Shown here piece after piece: positions 7,051 to 15,743 of a stretch of DNA of 58,696 nt. The notes beneath the pieces were generated by a model. That model did not search any database. It was not told the DNA's origin and saw nothing but the letters and a program-made list of their open reading frames with translations. The translations under genes were made by a program, and so were the position numbers. Within the stretch, counting starts at the first letter, position 1, and every line of letters begins with the position of its first letter. Source of the stretch: Verrucomicrobiia bacterium (GTDB taxonomy: Bacteria > Verrucomicrobiota > Verrucomicrobiia > CAIQCK01); assembly GCA_041651735.1 (NCBI GenBank), contig JBAZIR010000002.1:1-58696 (forward strand), read 5' to 3'.

Positions 7051-9780
7051 TCAAGGCTTCGACGCAACCGACATCGAAACCGGTTCCAGCACCGCGCCGC
7101 AAACCAGCACTTTCCCCTTCACCGGCGTCAACGTAACGGTCACACAACCGGCCCGGTCCAGCTTCGCCGGCCACGCACGCTCCAGAACGCGGCGGTTGCC
7201 GCCGCTGCCGGCAAGAACATCCAGGCGATCTTCCACGACCGCGCCATTCACCGACACGCTGAACACGCGCTGGCCAGCCGCTTTGGAAACCGGGTCAAAC
7301 ATCAGCAGCCGCAACCGATATTCGCCCACGGGCAAGACGGCGGTATCCTTCTTTTTGCCCGCGATCGGTTGCAGCGTCAGGGTGATTGCCTTGCCGCTTT
7401 CGATGCCACTGCGGCAGATTTCGTCATTGGCTCGCAGCGCAACGAAAGTTTCTGCGCCGGTTTCCTGCGTGCCGAGCGTCTGCCAAAGGTGATACTCCGT
7501 GTCGAAATGAAACGTGAAGCGGCCGGAGGCTTGCGCGAGCGGATCGTGCGAGGTCGGTCCGAAATTATAGCGGACAGGCTCCATGCCGAGCTGCTGGCGC
7601 AGCCGCACGATATGCGGCAGCCAGCGCGTGTTCAGCGACACCACCGAGCCTTGCTCGCCGCGCGTGATGCCCCCGAGCGAACTGAACTTCGCAAACTGCG
7701 TGATCACCGGCGCCGGCCGGCAATCGGCCATCGCGGCACGGGCGGCGGCGAGGTCGCTTTTCTTGAGCGCCGCCTGCGCATTCTGGAATTGCTCATGCGT
7801 CAGGAAGAACGCGGCAATGAACTCTTCCAGCCCCTTGAAGTAGTTCACGCGGTCGCGCTGTTCCGGCGTGAGCTTCGCGGCATCCACCCGGTCGATGAGC
7901 TTCAGTCGCTCGCGACAGCCGGTGACAACCTGCGTGATGTTGGTCAGCGGACGATCAATGAAGAAGTCGGTCGTCTCGCGCGCGAAGTTCGGCGCGTCGG
8001 TCACCCAGCGTTCGAGATATGCGCCCATCGTCTCCCGCGCGCCGCCGCCAAACGAACGCATCGCCATGTCGTCACAAGTCGCGCACAGTGGCTGGTCCTT
8101 TGTGGCTTTCCAAACCTGCGCGGCGTGGCTCTTGAAATAGAGGTCGAGCGGCCGTGTCGTCCAGTGAATGATGCCGAAGCCGCAGGCTTTCGCGTCGGCA
8201 AGCTTCGAACTGAACTGTGCGAATGGCGTGTAAGGCCGACCGAGGTAGTTGCCGTCGTCGTGGTGCGCCCAAATGATGGGAATCACCGGCCGCTGGGCGG
8301 CAACGTCGCGGATAACCCGGCGCGACTCGTCGTCACCGAGTTGCGGCTGGCCGTGGAGGGCGTTGTAGTCCAGGCCGATCAGTTTCACATGCGATGGGAA
8401 GAAGCGGTGGCACGGCGCAAGGAATTTGAAGTCCCACGTGCCCGCTGTCAGTTGCACGCGGTCGTGCCCCAGTTCCTTCAGCGCCCGCTCGAACGCGCGG
8501 ACGATCTTGCCGATGGCGAACATCTGCGGCGCGTGCCAGAGCTTCTCCGCCTCCGGCGTGCGTGCGATCTCGGCCTTCCATTCCTCCTGCCAGCGCGGGG
8601 GCATCTCGGCCACCTTGACCTCCAACCACGGCGTGCCTCCCTGCCGGAACCAGACGACCAGTGTGGTGATCTGGGGATACGCTTTCATCAACGCGGCAAC
8701 TTGCGCCTTGTAGTAGCGGTATCCTTCCGGCGTCTCCGGATTCGCAAGCCACAGTTTGCCGGCCTCCTGTCCCATCCAACCGACCACCTGCGTCTGTATC
8801 GGGAACCGCGCCTCCTTTGGCAGCGTGCGGATCAACTCCTGTGGGTTCGCGGAAATCGTGTCCACGTCGTCCGCGAAATAGACCTCCATGCCCCGTTGCT
8901 GCGCGTGAGCGAACACGCCGCGCATGAGCTTCTGCGCCGCGGCGGCGCGCTGGGCGTCCGGCACCTGTGCCGCGTCTGCGCCGAAGACCGGCGCGCGGAA
9001 GACTTCGCCGCCAAAGAGCCGGCGCACATCGTTGACATGCATTGTGGACCAGTCGCGGCCCCTGGCGGTCGTGGAGAGATAACCGACCGGCTTGGTCTTG
9101 CCGTTGAAGGTGAAGCTGACCATCGGGTTGTTCCCGTAGGCGTGAACCATGATCGCGTTGTAGCCCATCTTCTGCGACTGGTCGGTCCAACGGTTCCAAT
9201 CCGCGAGGTTCCACGTCGAGCAACCGCTGAGGAAGTTGTGCCAATCGAACACGACCCGGTCGCGCACGACCGGCGCATCCGAGAGCGTCCATCCATCGAA
9301 CGAGAACGGTTCCGTTCGCGGCGGTGGCAATGCATCGTAGGAGAGGTAGAATCCACAGCCCAGCTTCTCCAGCAGCGCGTAAACGCCATACACAGCGCCG
9401 CGCGTGTCCGCGCCGGCAATGACACCGAGTTCCCGCGCGCCCTCGTTCACAGTGGCCACCGCAAAACTCTCAGGTGCCGCTGGCGCCGCGTCTTTCAGGA
9501 AGCGTTTTGTGCGTTCATCGCTGCCGACGACGATGGACCGGCCTTGGGCCGGCAGCCTGCCGGTGATCATAAATTTTTCGTGCGGGTAAATCGCTCCCAG
9601 CGAAGCCGCCAGATCTGCCGCGGCCATGCGTTCTGCCTGCGGCGCCCCCGGCGTCACCACGACAGCGACATCGGCGTGCGCAGCGACAGCCGCGAACGCA
9701 ACCATCAATGCCAAGAGAACTGACCGATGGCTGGCTGCACCCCCCCGGCGACTCTCGGTTCCATTCATCAGTCTCTTCAT
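7051..9780 (-). CDS. secreted putative glycoside hydrolase (GH20b/GH67N-like N-domain, TIM-barrel-like core, C-terminal malectin-like domain)
   Basis: Start set at ATG 9780 (MKRLMNGTES...LLALMVAFAAVAAHA signal), which forms an ATGA overlap with the upstream stop (9777-9779). N-terminal GADTRGAVYGVYALLEKLGCGFY is typical of glucuronidase/hexosaminidase N-domains. The C-terminal RVFSVSVNGAVVEDRLDVLAGSGG...VTVTLTPVKGKVLVCGAVLEP is malectin-like. The long + strand ORF 6814..9723 is an Arg-rich shadow. Confidence 0.6.
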   Translation of the reverse strand: MKRLMNGTESRRGGAASHRSVLLALMVAFAAVAAHADVAVVVTPGAPQAERMAAADLAASLGAIYPHEKFMITGRLPAQGRSIVVGSDERTKRFLKDAAPAAPESFAVATVNEGARELGVIAGADTRGAVYGVYALLEKLGCGFYLSYDALPPPRTEPFSFDGWTLSDAPVVRDRVVFDWHNFLSGCSTWNLADWNRWTDQSQKMGYNAIMVHAYGNNPMVSFTFNGKTKPVGYLSTTARGRDWSTMHVNDVRRLFGGEVFRAPVFGADAAQVPDAQRAAAAQKLMRGVFAHAQQRGMEVYFADDVDTISANPQELIRTLPKEARFPIQTQVVGWMGQEAGKLWLANPETPEGYRYYKAQVAALMKAYPQITTLVVWFRQGGTPWLEVKVAEMPPRWQEEWKAEIARTPEAEKLWHAPQMFAIGKIVRAFERALKELGHDRVQLTAGTWDFKFLAPCHRFFPSHVKLIGLDYNALHGQPQLGDDESRRVIRDVAAQRPVIPIIWAHHDDGNYLGRPYTPFAQFSSKLADAKACGFGIIHWTTRPLDLYFKSHAAQVWKATKDQPLCATCDDMAMRSFGGGARETMGAYLERWVTDAPNFARETTDFFIDRPLTNITQVVTGCRERLKLIDRVDAAKLTPEQRDRVNYFKGLEEFIAAFFLTHEQFQNAQAALKKSDLAAARAAMADCRPAPVITQFAKFSSLGGITRGEQGSVVSLNTRWLPHIVRLRQQLGMEPVRYNFGPTSHDPLAQASGRFTFHFDTEYHLWQTLGTQETGAETFVALRANDEICRSGIESGKAITLTLQPIAGKKKDTAVLPVGEYRLRLLMFDPVSKAAGQRVFSVSVNGAVVEDRLDVLAGSGGNRRVLERAWPAKLDRAGCVTVTLTPVKGKVLVCGAVLEPVSMSVASKP

Positions 9781-10946
9781 GATTTCTCCTCGCAGAACTC
9801 CTTCCACGCATCGCGGAACCACTGGAGTGTCTTCCACGGTGTGCAGATGGAGGTGTTGCAGCTCGCGGCCAGCACAAACCGGTGCGCGAAAGGCCGCAGC
9901 CGCTGGAACAAGTCCTTGATGTAACGACGCACTTCGTCCGCGCTTTGGAATTTCTCCGTCTCCATCGCGCTGATGCCGCCAGTGATGAGGAACCGGTCGC
10001 TGGTCAACTGCATCGCCTCGTCGAGTTGCACGTCGCCGAGAGGCGGAAACGCCACGCCTTCGAGACCGTCCACACCGAGCGAATCAATCAGCTTCAAATT
10101 GGCCCGCTGCCGGCCGCAGGCGTGGATGAAGAACGTGCTGCCGTGGTCGTGCGCGATGCGGCTCGCCTTCTCGTAGAACGACGCGGAGAACTTCTCGACG
10201 TAGGCCGGCGTATGAAACGCCGCATCGAGATTATCCATCGACATCATCGCCGGCACGCCTGCCGCGGCGATCTGGCGCGCGAGGTCGAGTTGCGCCGCCT
10301 CATGAAGCGCAAGCAGCTTCTGCACACGCTCTGCGTCGTCGGCGATGAGGTAGGTCGTGTTGACCGCGCCGGCGAGGAAATGCAGCGCTTTGAGCGGGCT
10401 GAACAACTCGCCGGCCACCACGAGGCCGTCATCGCCGACGCGCGCCTGTTCCTGCGCGTATCGCTCCGGCCGAAACCGCCAGCGGCGCGCTTGCAGCAGC
10501 TCCTCCAGCGCGGCCAGCGGATCCGGCGCGTCGTCCAGCGTGAACACCTCCTGCACGAGCGTGGAATCGGCGAAGACGTAGCGCTGCCTCTCCGTCAGCG
10601 TGCCGCGCCGTGTGACGTAGGTCCGGGTGATGACGCGATCGCGTCCCTCGATGCGAACCTCTTCCCGCGCCTCGACGCCGTCCCAGATTTCCTCGGCGAG
10701 GCCGCCGAACCAGCAATGCTGCTGGTTGCAGTAGACGTTGCGGCTGAAGACATCCAGGCCCAGATGACGGATGAGGTCGAGCTGCGTGCGGCAGTGGGCA
10801 ATCTCCGGCGGCAACAGGCCGTGGTTAAGCTGGTGCGCGAACCATTGCCAGCAGTTCGGCGCATAGACGATGCGGCCGGGTCGCTGCCGGGCAAGCACGC
10901 GCCGCACCTGCTGCTGCCGGGTGCCGTTCGAAGGTTGCGTTGGCAT
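9777..10946 (-). CDS. uroporphyrinogen decarboxylase (URO-D) family protein, non-haem context
   Basis: 389 aa. The C-terminal half ...FIHACGRQRANLKLIDSLGVDGLEGVAFPPLGDVQLDEAMQ...ITGGIS... resembles the URO-D/MtaA-CmuA fold. It lies inside a sugar operon, 13 nt downstream of the MFS gene. Confidence 0.6.
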   Translation of the reverse strand: MPTQPSNGTRQQQVRRVLARQRPGRIVYAPNCWQWFAHQLNHGLLPPEIAHCRTQLDLIRHLGLDVFSRNVYCNQQHCWFGGLAEEIWDGVEAREEVRIEGRDRVITRTYVTRRGTLTERQRYVFADSTLVQEVFTLDDAPDPLAALEELLQARRWRFRPERYAQEQARVGDDGLVVAGELFSPLKALHFLAGAVNTTYLIADDAERVQKLLALHEAAQLDLARQIAAAGVPAMMSMDNLDAAFHTPAYVEKFSASFYEKASRIAHDHGSTFFIHACGRQRANLKLIDSLGVDGLEGVAFPPLGDVQLDEAMQLTSDRFLITGGISAMETEKFQSADEVRRYIKDLFQRLRPFAHRFVLAASCNTSICTPWKTLQWFRDAWKEFCEEKS

Positions 10947-10959
10947 CGTCGTGGCTCCT

Positions 10960-12243
10960 TTACTCCCGCTGAAACTCGACCGGCGTCATGCGCGGCGTCA
11001 GCGCGTGCATCACCACCAGCGCCAGCGGATACGCACACCCGGCAATGAAAAACAGGCTCCAGTAGCTGCCGGTGGTCTGGAGGATGAAGCCGGCCGATTC
11101 CGAAAACAACATCGCCGTGCAGGAGCCGATCATGCCGCCCAAGCCGACCACCGACGCGACCGCTTGTTTGGGAAACATGTCCGAGACCATCGTGAACAGA
11201 TTGGCTGCCCAGCCCGCGTGAGCCGCCGTCGCCAGACCGACGAGCGCCGTCGCGAGCCAAACGTTGGAGGCGCGCGCGGCGAACATCACCGGCACGACGC
11301 AGAGCGCGCAGACCAACATCGCCGTCTTGCGGCTGGCGTTGACCGACCAGCCTCGCTGCAGAAGGTGCGACGACAACCATCCGCCGCCGATGCTGCCAAC
11401 GCAGGTCATCGTATAGACCACGATGAGCGGCGGACCGAGCCGGGCGAGGTCGAGGCCATACTGGTGGTTCAAGAACTTCGGCAACCAGTAAAGGTAGAAC
11501 CACCAGATCGGCGACGAGACCGCGATTCCCACGATGAATGCCCACGCCTGCCGATAGCGGAGCAGATCGCACCACGGGATTTTTGCGGCGGCCGGCTCTG
11601 GCGCGTCGCTGTGGATGAGTGCCAGTTCCTCCGGCGAGACGCGTGGCGACGACCGTGGCGCGCGATAGTACACCGCCCAGAACGCCATCCAGATGAACCC
11701 GATCGCGCCGACCGCCACGAACGCCGCCTGCCAACCGCAACGCAACGTCAACCACGGCACCACCGCCGGGGCGATGACCGCGCCGATGTTGGAGCCGGCG
11801 TTGAACAGGCCCGTCGCCAGCGCGCGTTCGCGCCTCGGAAACCACTCCGCCACCGCTTTCACCGCGGCGGGGAAATTGCCGGCTTCGCCGAAACCGAGGG
11901 CGAACCGCGCCGCGCCAAAGCCGATGGCCGACCGCGCCAGCGCGTGGGCCATGGCCGCGAGGCTCCACACCGCCATCGCCAGCGAGTAGCCGTGCTTGGT
12001 GCCGATGAGATCAATCACGCGTCCGAACAGCACCATGCCGATGGCGTAAGCGGCTTGGAACGCCGTAACGATGTGGGCGTATTCGATCTCGCTCCAGCCG
12101 ATCTCGGTCTGCAACGTGGACGCCAGGATGCCGAGAATCTGCCGGTCCATGTAATTGATGGTCGTGGCGGCAAACAACAGCGCGCAAATCGTCCAGCGGA
12201 ATCCGCTGCGTCGCGCGGAAGAGGGTGGGGCGGCGGTGCTCAT
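10960..12243 (-). CDS. MFS transporter, anion:cation symporter (hexuronate ExuT-like) family
   Basis: Start set at ATG 12243 (MSTAAPPSS...), an ATGA overlap with the uxuA stop. FRWTICALLFAATTINYMDRQ...GRVIDLIGTKHGY...AVAEWFPRRERALATGLFNAGSNIGAVIAP aligns well with E. coli ExuT from memory. Confidence 0.85.
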   Translation of the reverse strand: MSTAAPPSSARRSGFRWTICALLFAATTINYMDRQILGILASTLQTEIGWSEIEYAHIVTAFQAAYAIGMVLFGRVIDLIGTKHGYSLAMAVWSLAAMAHALARSAIGFGAARFALGFGEAGNFPAAVKAVAEWFPRRERALATGLFNAGSNIGAVIAPAVVPWLTLRCGWQAAFVAVGAIGFIWMAFWAVYYRAPRSSPRVSPEELALIHSDAPEPAAAKIPWCDLLRYRQAWAFIVGIAVSSPIWWFYLYWLPKFLNHQYGLDLARLGPPLIVVYTMTCVGSIGGGWLSSHLLQRGWSVNASRKTAMLVCALCVVPVMFAARASNVWLATALVGLATAAHAGWAANLFTMVSDMFPKQAVASVVGLGGMIGSCTAMLFSESAGFILQTTGSYWSLFFIAGCAYPLALVVMHALTPRMTPVEFQRE

Positions 12244-13322
12244 GGCGTCGCCTCCAGCGTCTGCAACGCTGCCTTCATGTAGCCGAGCGCAAACGCCATT
12301 CCAGCGTGCCACGGCGCGGCGCACGCCATCTGCGGCGCGTGATCGGGAACCAGCACACCGGCGTAGCCATTGCGCTTCAGGATGCGCAGCACGCGCAACA
12401 TGTCCATGTCACCTTCGTCGATGAACGTCTCCTGGTAGTGCGGCGCTTTGCCGCGCACGTTGCGGAAGTGAACGTAGGCGAGCTTGCCCTGCCGGCTGTA
12501 GGTGTCCACCACGTCGTAGATGTCGCCCTCGGTCATCTCGGCGAGACTGCCCAGACAAAACTCCAGCGCGTTGCGCGGACTCGGCCGCAGGTCGAGCAGC
12601 TTCTGGTAAAATCGCGGTTGATAGACCAATCGAGGCTGGCCGCGCAACGTTGGCACCGGCGGATCATCCGGATGCGCCGCCAGCGTCACGCCGGCTTCCT
12701 CGGCCACCGGCAAAAGCGCATCGAGAAAACATTTCAGCCGTTGCCAGAGCTGCTCCGGCGTCGCGGACGGCACCGTGCCAGGCGGCGCGTCCTTGTCATA
12801 GACCATGTTCCAGACCATGCCGTTGGGCATCGGCTTGTCGAAGGGGCCATTCATGCCGACAGCGTCGGCCCCGCCGCGGGCGAAGTTGCCTTTGACGCGG
12901 CCAGCGACGCCGGCGATGGAGAAGTTGTAGCCGAACACCGGGATGCCCGCGCGACCGACGTTGCGGATGATCGACTTGAGGTTCTCCAATTGCTGCAGCT
13001 TCTTCGGTCCGTCCAGCAACACATCGTGCCAGTGAGCCGGGTCGAAGTTCTCGATCGCCTCAAGTTCGAGACCGGCGGCGTTGATCTCCTTCTTCAGCGC
13101 GACGAGATCTTCGAACGTCCAAAACTTGTTCGGGTCGCCCGCGAGTCCCCAGCCGGCATCGTCGCCGACAGGCTGGTCGCTGGTCCGGTTGCCGCGCGAA
13201 GAGCGAAAGTAGTCCACCCAATGAACGACGACGTGCGAACAGCCGCATTGCTTTGCAAACCGGTAGTGTTCCGCGTTGAGTTGATGGCGATAAAGCCCGA
13301 GTCCAAGTTTCATTGTCGCCAT
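12240..13322 (-). CDS. uxuA: D-mannonate dehydratase
   Basis: 360 aa. LLPVAEEAGVTLAAHPDDPPVPTLRGQPRLV...YVHFRNVRG...VLVPDHAPQM matches UxuA signature regions (HPDDPP, PDH..QM). Confidence 0.88.
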   Translation of the reverse strand: MATMKLGLGLYRHQLNAEHYRFAKQCGCSHVVVHWVDYFRSSRGNRTSDQPVGDDAGWGLAGDPNKFWTFEDLVALKKEINAAGLELEAIENFDPAHWHDVLLDGPKKLQQLENLKSIIRNVGRAGIPVFGYNFSIAGVAGRVKGNFARGGADAVGMNGPFDKPMPNGMVWNMVYDKDAPPGTVPSATPEQLWQRLKCFLDALLPVAEEAGVTLAAHPDDPPVPTLRGQPRLVYQPRFYQKLLDLRPSPRNALEFCLGSLAEMTEGDIYDVVDTYSRQGKLAYVHFRNVRGKAPHYQETFIDEGDMDMLRVLRILKRNGYAGVLVPDHAPQMACAAPWHAGMAFALGYMKAALQTLEATP

Positions 13323-13355
13323 TCCAACGCCATTCAGTTCACCGGGACGGCCGCA

Positions 13356-14429
13356 TCAGAGTTTGCCGGCGAGATACGCCGCGTAACGTTCAGCCACCCG
13401 GCCGGTCTTTGCGTCTCCTTTGTGGACGAGAACGCCGACGCGGCGCTCCAACGACTGGCCCTTGGCGAGAGTGAATGGCTTGCCACTCTGGGCGTCGGGC
13501 CGGCGCGGGCCGAACGTGCCGTAATCACGCGTCAGCCATTTGTGCGGATATTCGTTCTGGCTGTGGCTGAAGATCGCCAGACCCTCCGCGACGCCCCCGA
13601 GGGTGTTCGAGTAATCCACCCAGTGCGCTTCAAAATTGCACGTGCCCTTTTGGTTGATGCCGCCCTCGGAATTGGTGATCTGCCCGCCTTGGTTCACGGA
13701 GAACTGCGGGTGCATCCGGACGTAGGGCCATGCGTAGTGAACGGCGTCGCTCACGAAGTGGACGTCACCATAGCTGGCGGTGACGCGGTAGCGGATGTCC
13801 AGGAAGTATTCCCCGTCGCCCAGAGCCACGATGCGGATGCGCTGCTCTTGGTCGAGGACCGGCTGTTTCTGGTCAATTTGCCAGATGAGCTTCATTCCCG
13901 TCTCGATTTGGTCAGGCGCGATGCGTTTCTCGGGCTGAAACTCCGCGTGGATAATCTGGTCCTTGAATGGCGACTTGGGATCATTCTTGTCCATGCGGCT
14001 GTAAATGGCGCCATAGAAACTCGCCTTGCGCTGGCCTTCCAGTTGCACGGTGTCAGCGAACCAGAAGGATTGATGATGCGGATACGGCGGCGCTTCCTGC
14101 ACGGTCATCACCTTGCCCGACGGACTCCAGATCGGGTAGAGCCGCGGGAAACCCAGGTCCCTGCCGTAGCGATAGGCCAACGCCTCGGTGCCATCCACGC
14201 ACAGGCTCACGCGCCTGGCCGCCTCATCGTTCTTCAGGGCGATGCGCGGTTCCACGCCCGCTTTGGGCGAGCCGGCGCGCACTGGCGGATGAATGACTTC
14301 CTCGGGCTGAACGACGGGCACGGGTGGTTTCTTCGCGGCGGGCTTGTTGTCGGCGGCGCGGGCGGTTGTCGCGAGCAGCGCGGCCACCATCGTCACACAG
14401 GCAATGACATGCGCAAGTTTTGGATTCAT
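13356..14429 (-). CDS. secreted PmoA-family / DUF6807 protein
   Basis: Signal peptide MNPKLAHVIACVTMVAALLATTARA. The core YRYGRDLGFPRLYPIWSPSGKVMTVQEAPPYPHHQSFWFADTV is characteristic of DUF6807 (PmoA-like) proteins, which are common next to Gfo/Idh/MocA enzymes. Confidence 0.65.
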   Translation of the reverse strand: MNPKLAHVIACVTMVAALLATTARAADNKPAAKKPPVPVVQPEEVIHPPVRAGSPKAGVEPRIALKNDEAARRVSLCVDGTEALAYRYGRDLGFPRLYPIWSPSGKVMTVQEAPPYPHHQSFWFADTVQLEGQRKASFYGAIYSRMDKNDPKSPFKDQIIHAEFQPEKRIAPDQIETGMKLIWQIDQKQPVLDQEQRIRIVALGDGEYFLDIRYRVTASYGDVHFVSDAVHYAWPYVRMHPQFSVNQGGQITNSEGGINQKGTCNFEAHWVDYSNTLGGVAEGLAIFSHSQNEYPHKWLTRDYGTFGPRRPDAQSGKPFTLAKGQSLERRVGVLVHKGDAKTGRVAERYAAYLAGKL

Positions 14430-14549
14430 GGAGATTCTTGTGGTTTCTTTTGATCGACCGCGTCCGGACGTTTCCCAACAGACTACGGCTTCGACGGGCT
14501 TGCGGCCAAGGGCCTTTTTGCGTTACACAGGGGCCGTTTTGCGGCGGCG

Positions 14550-15743
14550 ATGAAACCACGGACCATCAAGCGCATCGGCCTCGCGTTCCCACTCGGGATT
14601 GCGTTCATGGAACGGCTGTTGCAGGGCATTCTGGACTATGCCCGCGAGCACGGCGGCTGGGTTTTCACCCGGATGCCGGAGCGGCTCAATCCCTCGATTG
14701 ACTGGCTCGCGCACTGGCAGGGCGACGGCGCGTTTGCGGTCATCACGACGGCGGCCGACGCAAAGATCGCGCGGTCGTTGCGAATGCCGGTCGTGAACCT
14801 GACGGCGCATCTGGGAGAAACGGGCGCGCCGACCGTGATGGTGGACCATGAAGCCATAGGACGGCTCGCGGCGCGGCACTTGATCGAGCGCCGTTTTCAA
14901 CGTTTCGGTTACTACGGCGCGCGCGGGATGTATTACAGCAGACTGCGGCGCGCGGGCTTCGTCGGCGCGGTGGGACGAGCGGCGGGCGCATGCAAGGTGT
15001 TGGAAGTGGCCGCAGCCATCTCCGCGCGTCATGACTGGCGTCGTGAGCAGGAATCGCTCGACGAGTGGCTGCGAACACTGCAATCGCCCGTCGGCATCAT
15101 GGCCAGCACGGACTTGCGCGCGAGCATGGTGACGGAAGCGTGCGCCCGGCTGGGACTGCGCGTGCCGGAGGACGTGGCGGTCATCGGCGTAGATAACGAC
15201 CCGGTGGTCTGTGAATTCAGCCATCCGCCGCTTTCAAGCGTCTCGCGCAACGACGCCGAAGTGGGCCGGCAGGCAGCCGCGTTGCTGGACCGGCTGATGG
15301 CCGGCGCGCCGCCTCCGAAACGGCCGATCCTGGTTGCGCCCGACAGCGTGTTGGCACGGCGCTCGACGGAAACGCTGGCTATAGAAGACCCGCACGTGGC
15401 CGCAGCAGTGCGGTACATCCGCGGTCACTTGCACGAACGATTCGGTGTCGAGCGCATCCTCGGCTTGTCCGCGGTATCCCGCCGGCGCTTGGAGCATCGT
15501 TTTCGCCGCAGCCTGGGCTGCACGCCGTATGCGCTCATCTCGCAACTGCGAGTCGAGCGGGCAAGACAACTGCTGGCCGAGCCGAAGAAGCGGACGTTGA
15601 GCGAGATCGCGACGGCGTGCGGCTTCAGCGAACTGCGCCGCTTCCGGCTTGTCTTCCATCGGCTGACAGGCACGACGCCCGCTCACTTCCGCAAGAGCTC
15701 GCTGAAATCGCCAGCGCAGAGGCCGCGATCGGTTTCTCAATGA
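14550..15743 (+). CDS. XylR-type hybrid regulator (periplasmic-binding-protein-like sugar sensor + AraC HTH)
   Basis: 397 aa. N-terminal KRIGLAFPLGIAFMERLLQGILDYAREHGGW..., LacI-like sensor fold. C-terminal AraC-type HTH (...LSEIATACGFSELRRFRLVFHRLTGTTPAHFR). Divergent from the sugar operon. Confidence 0.85.
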   Translation: MKPRTIKRIGLAFPLGIAFMERLLQGILDYAREHGGWVFTRMPERLNPSIDWLAHWQGDGAFAVITTAADAKIARSLRMPVVNLTAHLGETGAPTVMVDHEAIGRLAARHLIERRFQRFGYYGARGMYYSRLRRAGFVGAVGRAAGACKVLEVAAAISARHDWRREQESLDEWLRTLQSPVGIMASTDLRASMVTEACARLGLRVPEDVAVIGVDNDPVVCEFSHPPLSSVSRNDAEVGRQAAALLDRLMAGAPPPKRPILVAPDSVLARRSTETLAIEDPHVAAAVRYIRGHLHERFGVERILGLSAVSRRRLEHRFRRSLGCTPYALISQLRVERARQLLAEPKKRTLSEIATACGFSELRRFRLVFHRLTGTTPAHFRKSSLKSPAQRPRSVSQ

